The notes: generated from the sequence alone by a model not told the origin. A stretch of 64,000 nucleotides of DNA from Planctomycetota bacterium (GCA_046349595.1 JAXMCA010000002.1:102827-166826); one strand, 5' to 3'; counted from the first letter of the stretch, positions 40,572 to 53,284 are shown. Made by a program: numbers and translations.

Positions 40572-41855
40572 TCAGTTGCCCTTGCCGGCGGCAGCCGGTG
40601 CACCGTGACGCGCCTCTTCGAGCAACTCGGTCACGGACCACACGCCGGATTCGTCCCACTTGCCGTCCTTGCCCCGCGCACCCTTCTCGCGCAGAACGCG
40701 CACCGCGAAGGTGCCGGTGGACAGGTCGGCGCAGATCTGGTGCAAGGTCATGCCGACCTGCGAGCGACGGATCAGCTCGCGCGCGCCGTCGAGATCGAGC
40801 TTCGCCTCGTCGGCGGAGACGCCGTCGAACAGCGCCTTGAAGCGCCAGCAGCCCTCGGGTTCCTCGCGGGAACGGAAGTGGTTGCTGCACGCGATCCAGG
40901 TCTCGTCCTTCGCGGGGCGTCGTGCGGTCACGCCGTCCTCGGTGAAGTCGTCGGGTGCGATCTCGAACACGCAGGCGCCCGGTGCGGTGTCCTTCGCACC
41001 GCGCCACGCGAACATCACGTTCCCGCCCATGCCGTAGCGCCACTGCTGCAGCAGGGTGGTGGCGGCGACGACCGGATCGCCGTGCGGAGTGCAGGTCTCG
41101 AGCAGTTCGAGCAGGGCGACCGTGCGCGGAATGCACTTGTCGCGGCCGATGCGCTTCTTCGGCACGTCGTGGATCGAGACGAACACGCCGCTCGCGGACA
41201 TCCCGGTGACGACGGCCGGCAACCCCGGCCAGCCGAGAGTCACGGTGTCGATCCGGTCCTTGCGACCGGTGCGCACGATCAGCATGTCGTGCTCGAGCAG
41301 CTTCTGCGTGGCGGGGTAGTCGAGGTTGCGGCCGATCAGCGGCCCGTCGCCCTTCGCATGGCTCCCCCACACCGCGAAGGACGAGCACATCAGTCCCACG
41401 AAGTCGGGGAGTGCCGCGGCACCGAGCAGATCGTCGGCCGTGAGCTTGCGCTTCAGCTCGGCGATCTCGAGGGTCGCGGGATCGCGCGCCGTCATCCCGG
41501 CGACGACCTGCTCGCACCATGCGTGCAGACGCTCCGGCACCTCGGTGGTGCGCGCGATCAGGGGCCGCATCGCGAGGTCCCAGGCCGCCGGCGACGGCAC
41601 GAAGGGGTTGTGCAGCGCGAAGTCCTCGAACAGCTCGTGGATCGCGGTCGCGCACAGATAGCCCTCGGTGAAGGCCTGCTGACGGTCGTCGCCGCTCAGG
41701 AACAGGACTTCGATGCCGTCGATGCGTCGCAGGTGACCCGACAGCTCGGGCTCGGTCCGGGTCGCGACCTGCGCGGGCAGCGCGACCGCCCACGCCAAGG
41801 CGAGCAGCAGCGCGAGCGAAGGAACAAGGCGGCCATGAAGGCGGCTTCGACTCAT
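40572..41855 (-). CDS. Peptidase C45 family (acyl-CoA:6-APA acyltransferase-like Ntn-hydrolase)
   Basis: Signal peptide. Candidate autoproteolytic nucleophile motif GLMCSSFAVWG and Ntn-hydrolase-like body. Confidence 0.55.
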   Translation of the reverse strand: MSRSRLHGRLVPSLALLLALAWAVALPAQVATRTEPELSGHLRRIDGIEVLFLSGDDRQQAFTEGYLCATAIHELFEDFALHNPFVPSPAAWDLAMRPLIARTTEVPERLHAWCEQVVAGMTARDPATLEIAELKRKLTADDLLGAAALPDFVGLMCSSFAVWGSHAKGDGPLIGRNLDYPATQKLLEHDMLIVRTGRKDRIDTVTLGWPGLPAVVTGMSASGVFVSIHDVPKKRIGRDKCIPRTVALLELLETCTPHGDPVVAATTLLQQWRYGMGGNVMFAWRGAKDTAPGACVFEIAPDDFTEDGVTARRPAKDETWIACSNHFRSREEPEGCWRFKALFDGVSADEAKLDLDGARELIRRSQVGMTLHQICADLSTGTFAVRVLREKGARGKDGKWDESGVWSVTELLEEARHGAPAAAGKGN

Positions 41856-41904
41856 GGGCGGGAAGTGTGACGCCTCGATCTCCTTCCCGCCAGCCGACCG
41901 CGCA

Positions 41905-43203
41905 TCAGTCGATCTTCACACCGAGTTTCTTCAACGCCGCCTCGACACGCGTGTCGCCGGCCTCGTAGCCGGAGATCGACGCGGCGACCTTGCCATCCTT
42001 GTCGATCACGAAGGTGGCCGGGATGCCACGCACGTTGTAGTCACGGCGCGGGAAACTACCCTCGGCCTGACGGCCGGCCGGATCGCGCGCAAATGTCATG
42101 TGCAGCTCGGCGCGGCGCTCGTTGATCAGGCGGAGATAGGGCTTCTCGTCGTCGTTGACGTTCAGCGCGATGACCTCGACGTCCTGATCCTTCACGGCAT
42201 CGTGGATCTTCGAGAGGTGCGGGAGGCTCGCCATGCACGGCGAACACCAGGTCGCCCACATGTCGACGACCACGATCTTGCGGCCGCGGAAGTCGGAGAG
42301 GCGAAAGGTCTCGGGGTCGCCGCCGTCGACGAAGCGCTGCGCGGTGAAGTCGGGCGCCACGCTGCCGGCCGGGAGCAGCACCGGACCCTCCGCAGGCGGA
42401 GGCGGCGCCTTGAGCACCTTGAAGGTCGGCGCGAGCACGAGGTGTGCGCCGTCGTCGCTCACGTCCGCGAGGTAGTTCATGCCGCGGAACGGGAAGGTGC
42501 CGCGCGCGTCGAATCGATCACCATCCAGGCTCAGCCACACCGGCTTGCCGACCGCGCCGACGACGTCGACGGAGCGATGGTCGAAGCGCTTGTCGAAGCG
42601 CGCATCGCAGTCGTTCTCCATCAGCGTGACGGTCCAGGTCTTGTCGCCGATCGACACCGAACCGACGCGCGCCGCGGCGGTGTGGTAGTTCATGCGATCA
42701 CGGTCGGGCGAGTAGTAGAAGTTGACGCCGTAGTCCCCGCTGCTCGCCTTGCCGTCCGCGGCCTGCCAGCCGACGTGGAACACGAAGGTGCCGCTGTACG
42801 AGGCCGAGGCGCCCTCGCGTTCCGCCTTGGTCGGCCAGGCGCCGTCGCCGTCGTCGCTCAGGTCGCCGTCGCCGTCGAGATCGAGGTAGACCTTCGCATC
42901 GCCGTGCTCCGGTTCGTCGACCGCGATGGCGCGGGTGCTGTGCGCGTCGTTGCCGAGGGTCAGCGTCGCATAGCGCGGCTTGCCCTCGTAGGTCGGCTCC
43001 TTGCGCACACAGGCAGGCCGCTCGGCCTGCAGCATGAGCGAGGCCGGCATGTACATCAGGCCTGCCTTGCGGATGCCCTCCATGTCGAACTTGCGCGGCG
43101 CGAGTTCGAGCGCGCACTCGGCGCGATCGGCGGCGTCCTGCGCGGCGAGGGGAAGGGCGGTCAGCAGAGGGACGAAGAACGCGGTCGGGATCAGCGTGCG
43201 CAT
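41905..43203 (-). CDS. TlpA-like periplasmic thiol:disulfide oxidoreductase with N-terminal extra domain
   Basis: Signal peptide (MRTLIPTAFFVPLLTALPLAAQ). C-terminal Trx fold with active site WATWCSPC and cis-Pro region. Confidence 0.7.
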   Translation of the reverse strand: MRTLIPTAFFVPLLTALPLAAQDAADRAECALELAPRKFDMEGIRKAGLMYMPASLMLQAERPACVRKEPTYEGKPRYATLTLGNDAHSTRAIAVDEPEHGDAKVYLDLDGDGDLSDDGDGAWPTKAEREGASASYSGTFVFHVGWQAADGKASSGDYGVNFYYSPDRDRMNYHTAAARVGSVSIGDKTWTVTLMENDCDARFDKRFDHRSVDVVGAVGKPVWLSLDGDRFDARGTFPFRGMNYLADVSDDGAHLVLAPTFKVLKAPPPPAEGPVLLPAGSVAPDFTAQRFVDGGDPETFRLSDFRGRKIVVVDMWATWCSPCMASLPHLSKIHDAVKDQDVEVIALNVNDDEKPYLRLINERRAELHMTFARDPAGRQAEGSFPRRDYNVRGIPATFVIDKDGKVAASISGYEAGDTRVEAALKKLGVKID

Positions 43204-43303
43204 GGGAGGGGTCACTCGACGCAGATGATGCCCCGCACACTCCGCCGGATCGCAGGCCAATCGGCGATCCACGGCGACGGTGCCCTCCCGGACCCCGGCT
43301 TCT

Positions 43304-45444
<2,141 letters not shown>

Positions 45445-45448
<4 letters not shown>

Positions 45449-47268
45449 GTCCCGTGTCCCTCCTCCACCACGCATTGTGCGCGTGCGGGATCGTCGTCGT
45501 CCTGACCACCGGCTCGATGCCGGCGCAGTCGGTGCGGTGGAACCTGCCCGACGACCACTCGCTCACCTACCGTCGCGAACGCCGTGTCGACACCAAGGGC
45601 ATCGAGCCCGCCGCGCGTCCCGGCGATCCGCGGCCACCCGCGTTCGGCATGGGGAGCCCGTTCGGGGCCGGCGTGCTGCTCGCGGCGGATCTCGAACCCA
45701 AGCGACGCCAACTCGGCCGTGAACCCCTCGACCTCTCCGAGCTGATTCCGTGGCTCGCCTTCGACCTGACCACGTTCCGCTCCGGGAAGTGGAAGGGCGA
45801 CCAGAACTGGGTGAAGCCCTTCGGTCACCTGCAGATCGAGACCGAAGGCGACGCCCCGCTCGACGGCGGCACGCAGACCGTGCGGATCAAGATCCGTCGA
45901 GCCCCGCTCGACGAGTCGCGCATCCCCGGCCCGGCGCGCGAGCGCAAGCAACGTGGTGAGCGTCTGGCCAACAGCTACGACACCGACATCGATGCCCTGC
46001 TCGTGATCCAACGCACCTTCGACGCCGAGCACGGTCGCATCGCGGAGTTCGACGCGCAATTCGACGCCACCGTCTCGCCGCGCAACGACCCGAAGTGGAA
46101 GCACGTCGGCATGACGATCACCGAGAAGTGGCGCTTCGACCGCGAGGACGTCGCCGACTCGACGGTGTTCCGTGAACGCGTCGGCGATGCGATCCGGATG
46201 GGGCGCGAGCATCTGTCCGTCGAGCTGGAGAAGGCGCTCGATCGCGTCGATCGTCACCGGCCGCCGGATGCCGGCGGTGTCGACGTCCCCGTCGGCGAGG
46301 TCGCACTCACCGCGCTGACGCTGATCAAGGCGGACATCAAGCGCGACGACAAGACGCTCCTCGACGCTCTCCAGGTGCTGCGCGAATGCAAGCTGCGGGA
46401 CACCTACACCCTCGGCATCACGTTGATGGCCTTCGAGGCCTTCTACGCGGATCCCAACGAGCGTCAGCATCTCGTCGAGGGGTTGATCGACCGGCCGCAG
46501 AAGCGCAATCCGTCGGACGCGGATCGCAAGCTGATGACGGAGTGGATCCAGCTCCTGCTCGAGAACCGCGACCAGGCGGCCGACCGCAGCAAGCTGAGTC
46601 GATGGACCTACACGCCCGGCTCGGGCTTCGACCACTCCAACTCGCAGTACGCCCTGCTCGGCCTGTACTCCGCTCACCTGTGCGGCATCGATGTGCCGGT
46701 CGAGGTGTGGAACACCTCGGCGCGCCACTGGCTCGACATGCAGTGCCAGAGCGAAGGCAACGGCAACCTGTCGATCTTCACCTACAAGCAGCTCGCGCAG
46801 GCCCGCGGTCGCCCGACCAGCACCGGAGTCGACGTGCGTGGCTGGTCGTATCGCTATCCGGCCGAGGAACCCTACGGGAGCATGACGGCCGCGGGCACCG
46901 CGAGCCTCACCCTCGCTCAATCCGCGATGCGCGATCTCGGCGGACGCAACGACCTGATCGGCGAGGCCGGCAAGGCGATCCGCTCCGGCTACGCGTGGCT
47001 CGCCCGTCACCTCGACGTGCGGAGCAATCCTGGACGGCCACCGGAACACGATGCGTGGCGCTACTACTGGCTCTACGGCCTCGAGCGCGCCTGCGAGATC
47101 GGCCAGGTCGCGCGGCTCAACGAGCGTGACTGGTACTTCGAAGGAGCGTCCCTGTTGCTCGCGATGCAACGCGACGACGGCTCGTTCGAAGCAGGTGGCC
47201 TCGCCGACAACTGCTTCGCGATCTTGTTCCTCAAGAAAGCCCAGGTGCCGGTCGCGACCGGCCGCTGA
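45445..47268 (+). CDS. Prenyltransferase/squalene-oxidase repeat (terpenoid cyclase-like alpha/alpha toroid) protein
   Basis: ATG overlaps the mutase TGA (ATGA). Repeats of the SQYALLGLY… and …[21 protein letters not shown] type characteristic of PF13243/PF13249. N-terminal hydrophobic segment. Confidence 0.6.
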
Positions 47269-47281
47269 GGGCGGGGCTCGG

Positions 47282-47803
47282 TCAGCGGAACACGCGGGAG
47301 CCGACGCGCACGAAGCCGTCCTCGTGCTTGCCCGCGGGATCGTGATGTGTCCAGTGCAGCACGCCGCCCTGGTCGTTGAACTCGTACTCCCCCGCGACGG
47401 TGACGCGGTCGCCGACCTGCATCTCGACGCGCGGCGCGAGGTCGATGTTGTGCGCGACGAGCACGCTGTGCTTCGAGCCGGAGAGTTCGATCACGAAGCG
47501 CTGATGACGGGCTCCGTCGGTGTCGTCGGGCAACGACCGGAGCACCCGACCCTCGACCTCGACCTGCACGTCGGAGCGGTGCGCACGGAACGCCTCGAGC
47601 ACGAGATTCGTGCCGGACGCTTGTTCCGTCGTCGTGCTCGGTGCGTCGGCTGATCGTGTCGATTCGGAGCCTGCGGACAGGCCGAGTTCACGCAGGACGC
47701 GACCCGGGTCGGTCAGCAGCCCGAGGAGGAGCACCACGACACCGAGCAGACCGGCGATCAGACCACGCTTGCCCGTCGACTTCTTCGGCTCGCTGTCTCG
47801 CAT
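47282..47803 (-). CDS. DUF3465 domain protein
   Basis: Internal Met followed by a TM anchor. Conserved HWTHHDP motif. Confidence 0.45.
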   Translation of the reverse strand: MRDSEPKKSTGKRGLIAGLLGVVVLLLGLLTDPGRVLRELGLSAGSESTRSADAPSTTTEQASGTNLVLEAFRAHRSDVQVEVEGRVLRSLPDDTDGARHQRFVIELSGSKHSVLVAHNIDLAPRVEMQVGDRVTVAGEYEFNDQGGVLHWTHHDPAGKHEDGFVRVGSRVFR

Positions 47804-47862
47804 CACCAGCGGTGGTATCCACGACCGCTCGCCGCGGGTCAACGCCGAGCCGGGGTGGCCGA

Positions 47863-48648
47863 TCAGCGCGGCTTTGCGGCACGACGGCGCAGACAGAGCC
47901 CGGACCAGTCGGCGTCGATCGCGCAGACCTTGACGTCGACCAGGCCGACGGCGAAGGCGCACTCACGCACGCCGTCCTCGGCGAGATCGAGGGCCAAGGG
48001 CGAGGTCTTCTTCGGCCAGGCCACCCACAGCGCGCCCTTGTCGGCGAGCGAACGCAGCGCGACGGGTAGTCGCTTCTCCAACTCGGACCGGCTGCGCACG
48101 AACTGCACCACGACCTGTGCCGGAGTGCCCGCGCGACGGCGCACCACGACGTCCTTCGGCAAGGTGCCGAGAGTCGAGGCGAAGCCCTCGGGTTCACCGA
48201 GGAGGAGCAGGGCGGTCGACGGCTTCACGCCGAGCTTGTCCACGAGCGGCTTGCCGGAGTAGCCGCTGGTCGAGCGTGGCACCACGGGAGCGGCGACGGG
48301 CTGCGCGATCGCGGTGCGGAGCGCGGTGCCGATCCGCGCCCAGGGCGTGAAGGTCGCGTCGTGGAACTCCTCGCGAATGCGCGCGGTCTTCCCCTCGTCA
48401 CCTTCGACGAAGACCAGCGGCACGCTGCGAGTCGCCACACGATTGCGCAGGGACATCGCCAGCGTCCGTCCGTGCGACGGCAGGCGCCGGAGATCGATCA
48501 CGATCGCCTCCGGCTCCGCGGCGTCGATGTCCTTCATGCTGAGTTTCATCCCGTCGCTGAAGACGGTGACGAGGTGCTTCGCGGCCTGCAGCGACGCCGC
48601 GCGTTCGCGAGCCTCTGCGGTGTTCCAATGGAAGAGCACGATCCTCAT
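47863..48648 (-). CDS. DUF3052 domain protein with N-terminal receiver-like extension
   Basis: C-terminal SGYSGKPLVDKLGVKP…GALWVAWPKK…GLVDVKVCAIDADWSGL matches the DUF3052 pattern. Confidence 0.45.
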   Translation of the reverse strand: MRIVLFHWNTAEARERAASLQAAKHLVTVFSDGMKLSMKDIDAAEPEAIVIDLRRLPSHGRTLAMSLRNRVATRSVPLVFVEGDEGKTARIREEFHDATFTPWARIGTALRTAIAQPVAAPVVPRSTSGYSGKPLVDKLGVKPSTALLLLGEPEGFASTLGTLPKDVVVRRRAGTPAQVVVQFVRSRSELEKRLPVALRSLADKGALWVAWPKKTSPLALDLAEDGVRECAFAVGLVDVKVCAIDADWSGLCLRRRAAKPR

Positions 48649-48795
48649 GGTCGCCCTTCACCCGTCGCCCGCGACCGCCATGGCATCGAGGCCGCACTGG
48701 CACATGCACCCGACCGCATTCGCGGTGCCTCGCCCTCGTTCACGCGATTCACGGACCAAGAGCTACGCTTCGGGGTCCGGAGGAACGCATTCCGC

Positions 48796-50052
48796 ATGTT
48801 CAGACCATCCCAGATCATCGTCACATCCTCTCTCTGGATCGCGTGCCTGGCCAGTTCGACGACGGCGCAGATCATCGAGCCCCCGTTCAACGCATCCTAT
48901 TCCTACAGGACCATCGGGGCGGTCCCCGGGGTGCCGACGCCGTACGGCGGTTGCTGCTTCAAGTACGACGACCCAGATGCGCTCGTGATCGGCGGTGGCG
49001 CGAATGGCCCCGCGGGTGCGATCTACACGATTCGCGTGGTGCGCAACGCCTCCAATCTGATCACCGGGTTCCAGGGCACCGCGACGCTGCTGGCGACGGC
49101 TGCGAACATCGACGGCGGGTTGCAGTACGGACCGAACAACGTGCTGTTCTTCACCACCTACTCGAACAACACGCTCGGACAGGTGCGCCCCGGCAGCACG
49201 ACGCCGGACAAGGTCATCTCACTCAGCTCCACGCCGGGCTGGGTCGGTGGCTCGACCGGCGCGCTCTCCTTCGTCCCTCCGGGGTACCCTGGTGCGGGAA
49301 GGTTCAAGATCGCGTCGTACTCGAGTTCCACATGGCACTCCTGCACGCTGACGCCGGATGGTGCAGGCACCTTCGACCTCAGCAACCTGCAACAGACCGC
49401 GATGGTGCAGGGCGGACCCGAGGGCATCCTCTACGTTCCCCCGGGCTCACCGCTGTTCCCGAACTACTCGCGCATGCTGCTCACGCAGTTCGGCTCGTCC
49501 GCGATCTACTCCTATGACCTCGACGCCAACGGTGATCCCGTCCTCGCCACGGCGACGCCGTTCATGACCGGCCTGGCCGGTGCCGAAGGAGCGACCATCG
49601 ACGCAATCTCCGGATCCTTCGTGTTCTCCACCTACGGAGGTTCCGGCGTGGTGATCGTCGACGGCTTCGGCAGTTGCGGCACCTTCACCAACTACGGCTC
49701 GGGCATCCCCGGTGCTGGCGGTCGCCGACCGACGATCCGCGGCGTCGGCTGTGCCACGATCAGCCAGGCGATCGGCTACCAGATCGGCAACGGTCCCGCC
49801 TCGGGGCTCGGGGCGCTCAACATCGGCTTCCAGCAGCTCTCGATCCCGATCTTCGGCGGCTTCGTCCTGACCGAACCGTCGGTCCCGATCGGCCACGTGC
49901 TGGACTCCTTCGGAGCCTTCAGCACCACGCTCAACACGCCGAACAATCCCGCCCTGGTCGGCGCCCACATCTTCTTCCAGGGCGTCTACATCGACCCCGG
50001 TGCACCCTTCGGCGTCACCGCGAGCGACGGGCTCGACATGCTCGTGCAGTGA
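48796..50052 (+). CDS. Secreted Gly/Ser/Thr-rich hypothetical protein with C-terminal domain ending LVQ
   Basis: Signal peptide (MFRPSQIIVTSSLWIACLASSTTAQ). Locally lower GC. The C-terminal ~100 aa are similar to the C-terminus of the ASST-like protein at 51653..53284. Confidence 0.55.
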   Translation: MFRPSQIIVTSSLWIACLASSTTAQIIEPPFNASYSYRTIGAVPGVPTPYGGCCFKYDDPDALVIGGGANGPAGAIYTIRVVRNASNLITGFQGTATLLATAANIDGGLQYGPNNVLFFTTYSNNTLGQVRPGSTTPDKVISLSSTPGWVGGSTGALSFVPPGYPGAGRFKIASYSSSTWHSCTLTPDGAGTFDLSNLQQTAMVQGGPEGILYVPPGSPLFPNYSRMLLTQFGSSAIYSYDLDANGDPVLATATPFMTGLAGAEGATIDAISGSFVFSTYGGSGVVIVDGFGSCGTFTNYGSGIPGAGGRRPTIRGVGCATISQAIGYQIGNGPASGLGALNIGFQQLSIPIFGGFVLTEPSVPIGHVLDSFGAFSTTLNTPNNPALVGAHIFFQGVYIDPGAPFGVTASDGLDMLVQ

Positions 50053-50061
50053 CGCAGGCGC

Positions 50062-50472
50062 TCAGCCGGCGACGCAGAACTTGCGTCGCTGGCGTTCGCC
50101 GAGCGCAGCACCTTCGAGTCGTGAGTCGCTGACGACGACGCCGGCCACACGCACGTCGGTGAGGTCGGCGTGGCGCAGGTCGACGGCCTGCAGATAGGCC
50201 CCGCGCAGATTCGCACCGCGGAGATTCGCGTCCCTGAGGTCGGCGTCGTGGATCCGCGCTCCCTGGAGGTTGGCGCCCTGGAGCTGCGCGCCCCGCAGGT
50301 TGCCGTGGCTGAGATCGCAACGACTCAGGTCGGCGTGCCGCAGCAGCGCACCCGAGAGGTCCACGCCGCGCAGATCGAGACCCGAGAGGTCGGCACCGTT
50401 GAGCACCAGGCTCTGGTTGCCGTGGGGACAGGCGAGAAGGCGCAGCAGTTCTTCGCGCGCATGACCATTCAT
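50062..50472 (-). CDS. Pentapeptide repeat protein
   Basis: Tandem A(D/N)LXX repeats (…ADLSGLDLRGVDLSGALLRHADLSRCDLSHGNLRGAQLQGANLQGA…). Confidence 0.7.
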   Translation of the reverse strand: MNGHAREELLRLLACPHGNQSLVLNGADLSGLDLRGVDLSGALLRHADLSRCDLSHGNLRGAQLQGANLQGARIHDADLRDANLRGANLRGAYLQAVDLRHADLTDVRVAGVVVSDSRLEGAALGERQRRKFCVAG

Positions 50473-50589
50473 GGGAAACCTCCGATTCGAGAGAGCGCGC
50501 CCTGGTCGTCCCGCCAGGGCCATTCCGCATGCTACCGACCCGAAGCGACCTCGGGCAGTCGCGGCATCCCGGCTTGAAGCACGCTGCCG

Positions 50590-51627
50590 GTGGCTTCCAA
50601 TGCCGTCCCGATGTCGAGTCTCGCCCGACGGCTCCGCGCCTTCCTGCTCCTCCCCGTCCCCGTGATCGCCCTGGGCGGCTGCACGAGCTTCGCCACGGAT
50701 GCGTCGAGGACCGGCCCGCGCGTTCTCTGCGTCGTTGCCCATCCCGACGACGAAACGGCGTTCGCCGGCACCCTCTACAAGATCAGCTCCTGGCTGAACG
50801 GCACCTGCGACATCGTCGTGATCACCAACGGTGAGGCGGGCTACAAGTACTCGACCCTCGCCGAGCCGCTCTACGGTCTGCACCTCACCGACCCCACGGT
50901 CGGACGACGCGAGCTGCCGGTGATCCGTCAGAAGGAGATGCGCGCGGCGGCCCGGGTCCTCGGCGTGCACCACGTCGAGTTCCTCTCGCAGCTCGACAAC
51001 CACTACACGAAGGATCCGGCGGAGGTGCTCGGGGCCGAGGCCACGGTCTGGGATCTCGATCGGGTCCGCTCCGTGCTGCGCCGGACGATCGACGACGGTC
51101 GCTACGACTTCGTCTTCGTGCATCGACCCGTCCCCGACACGCACGGTCACCACAAGGCTGCGACCATCCTCGCCCTCGAAGCCGTCGCAGCGACTCCGCT
51201 CGAACGTCGGCCGATCGCGCTGTGCGCGTACCACGAGTCGAAGCCGAAGCCGGTGCAGGAGGGGACCCCGGCGACCAACACGGAACCGCCGCCGATCGTC
51301 CCCTTCGCACTCGACGGCTGGCCGATCACGAGGCAGCGCGAGGACGTCGGCCCGTGGTCTTTCGACCGCACGCAGACCTTCGGCTTCCAGGCCAAGCTCG
51401 ACTACCGCATCGTCACGTCGTGGGCGGTGGCGGAACACAAGTCGCAGGGCACCTACCAGGGCTTGCTCGGCAAGGGCGAACTCGAGTCCTTCCGGATGTT
51501 CGCACTCGACGCGCCCGAAGCGGTGGCGCGCACCGCGCAGCTCTTCGCGAGACTCGCCGAACCGCAGTTCGCCACGCCGAACTACGACGGTGACGGCAAT
51601 CTCGTGGAGGGCGAACCCGGGCGCTGA
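50590..51627 (+). CDS. PIG-L/LmbE family deacetylase, lipoprotein
   Basis: Lipobox (…ALGGC) and the HPDDE zinc-binding motif (CVVAHPDDETAF). Confidence 0.7.
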   Translation: MASNAVPMSSLARRLRAFLLLPVPVIALGGCTSFATDASRTGPRVLCVVAHPDDETAFAGTLYKISSWLNGTCDIVVITNGEAGYKYSTLAEPLYGLHLTDPTVGRRELPVIRQKEMRAAARVLGVHHVEFLSQLDNHYTKDPAEVLGAEATVWDLDRVRSVLRRTIDDGRYDFVFVHRPVPDTHGHHKAATILALEAVAATPLERRPIALCAYHESKPKPVQEGTPATNTEPPPIVPFALDGWPITRQREDVGPWSFDRTQTFGFQAKLDYRIVTSWAVAEHKSQGTYQGLLGKGELESFRMFALDAPEAVARTAQLFARLAEPQFATPNYDGDGNLVEGEPGR

Positions 51628-51652
51628 ACGCCCGCGCCGGGTCGCACGCCCC

Positions 51653-53284
51653 TCACTGCACCAGCACGATCGGCACCGGGTTGCTCATGCGGAGCGGTGC
51701 CGCGCTCGCCGAGTCGAGCACGGCGCAGGCGAAGTCCATGGTCAGGTTCGGCGGCAACACGCCGGGCGGCAACACGAACGAGGTGTGCACGACTCCACCC
51801 GGCGGGACGAAGCCGAGCGAGTTGGGGAGGACGGGAGAGTTGATCGCCGTCGCCGTGAGCACGAGGAAGGGATCGACGTTGAGCGGGATGGTCATCCCCA
51901 TGTAGCCGAGACCGGGTGAGGTCCCGCTCATCGAGCCGAGCAGGAGATAGGTGCTGCCCGCGTACTGGGAGCCGAGCACCAGGTCGAGGTTCGCCGTCCC
52001 ACCGGCGCTCACCGACAGGGTCGACTGGCTCGACCACAGGCTGCGCTCCGTGTAGTGGGCGTGGAACACCAGGGAACCGGCACCGGGGACGATCTGGCTC
52101 CACACGATCTGGCCGAGCGGCGTGACCTCGAACAGCCACTGCTGGGCGCCACTGCAGATCAGCGTGTTGCCGTTCGACAGGCGCTGTGCGCTCGAGATGA
52201 AGGAGGAGAAGAAGACCGGCGAGGTGTAGCTCCAGATCGGCGCGCCCGGACCGAAACGGCCGCCCGGACCGAGGAGGAAGTTCCCCGCCGCATCGATCGG
52301 CAGCGTGATCTCGTGCACGGCCGATTGATTGGGGAGGTACAGGTTGTTGAACACCGTGATGTGACCGGCGCCGGGATAGCCGGTCGGGATGAAGCGCGGA
52401 TCGTGCTGCAGGTTCAGGATCTGGTCGGCCGCGGTGCCGGCGCGATAAGCCTGCGGATTGCCCCAGCGGTAGAGCAGATCGCCGCCCTTGCCCCGTCGCC
52501 CGCCGCCATGGCCAGCCGCCTCCGCGATGGTCGTGCCGTGGTCGATGATCCAGATCTCGCTCTGATGGCGCGCGCTGATCACCACCCAGTCGTGGATCGG
52601 GTCGTAGTCGATGCCGTTGCTGTGGTTCCAGTCGTTGTCGATCGTCGCGTCGGCCGGGAAGTTGATGTCGACCAGTTCGGGGTGGCTGCCGACCGGTCCG
52701 TAGTTCGACTTCGTGTTGTCGAAGTCCTGGATCAGGTGATCCCAGACGTGCCACTCCCACACCACGCGACCCGAGGTCGGTCCGGTGGGTTCGATCTCCA
52801 GGAGGTAGTCCGGACGGAACACACCGTGCGACATCAGGGCGGGGTTGCGACCGGCCGCGATCGCCTGGGCCTGGGTCCGCTCCTCCCAGACGATGACCAG
52901 CACGTTTCCGTTCGGCATGGCCTCGACGTCGTGGTGCTGTGTGAACCCGACCCCGTTGACGAGGTACTGCCAGAGCACGGTGCCGTCCCACGCCACCTTC
53001 TGGACGGCCCCTCCGGCGCCCGGGGTGACGATCGTGGGGAAGTAGTTGATGGCGCGGAACAGCGTCCCGTCGGGCGCGAGGTCGACGCCGGCGCCGGGGA
53101 GACGCGCGCTCGGCCAGGTGTGGAGCTGATTGCCGAGCGCGTCGACGATCCAGGTGTCGGTGCTGTTGAGTGCACCGAAGTAGCGCAGCCCGGGCGCGGG
53201 CGTCCCCTGAGCCACGGCGAAGGTCGAGGCGAACAGGAGAGCGACCAGGACTCGACCGCGAAGCGAACCAGGGGTGGGTGTCAT
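51653..53284 (-). CDS. Arylsulfotransferase (ASST)-like beta-propeller protein, secreted
   Basis: Internal Met with a signal peptide. Arylsulfotran_2-like blocks (…HHDVEAMPNGNVLVIVWEE…WNHSNGIDYDPIHDWVVISARHQSEIWIIDH…). C-terminal ~100-aa domain ending …IVLVQ. Confidence 0.5.
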   Translation of the reverse strand: MTPTPGSLRGRVLVALLFASTFAVAQGTPAPGLRYFGALNSTDTWIVDALGNQLHTWPSARLPGAGVDLAPDGTLFRAINYFPTIVTPGAGGAVQKVAWDGTVLWQYLVNGVGFTQHHDVEAMPNGNVLVIVWEERTQAQAIAAGRNPALMSHGVFRPDYLLEIEPTGPTSGRVVWEWHVWDHLIQDFDNTKSNYGPVGSHPELVDINFPADATIDNDWNHSNGIDYDPIHDWVVISARHQSEIWIIDHGTTIAEAAGHGGGRRGKGGDLLYRWGNPQAYRAGTAADQILNLQHDPRFIPTGYPGAGHITVFNNLYLPNQSAVHEITLPIDAAGNFLLGPGGRFGPGAPIWSYTSPVFFSSFISSAQRLSNGNTLICSGAQQWLFEVTPLGQIVWSQIVPGAGSLVFHAHYTERSLWSSQSTLSVSAGGTANLDLVLGSQYAGSTYLLLGSMSGTSPGLGYMGMTIPLNVDPFLVLTATAINSPVLPNSLGFVPPGGVVHTSFVLPPGVLPPNLTMDFACAVLDSASAAPLRMSNPVPIVLVQ

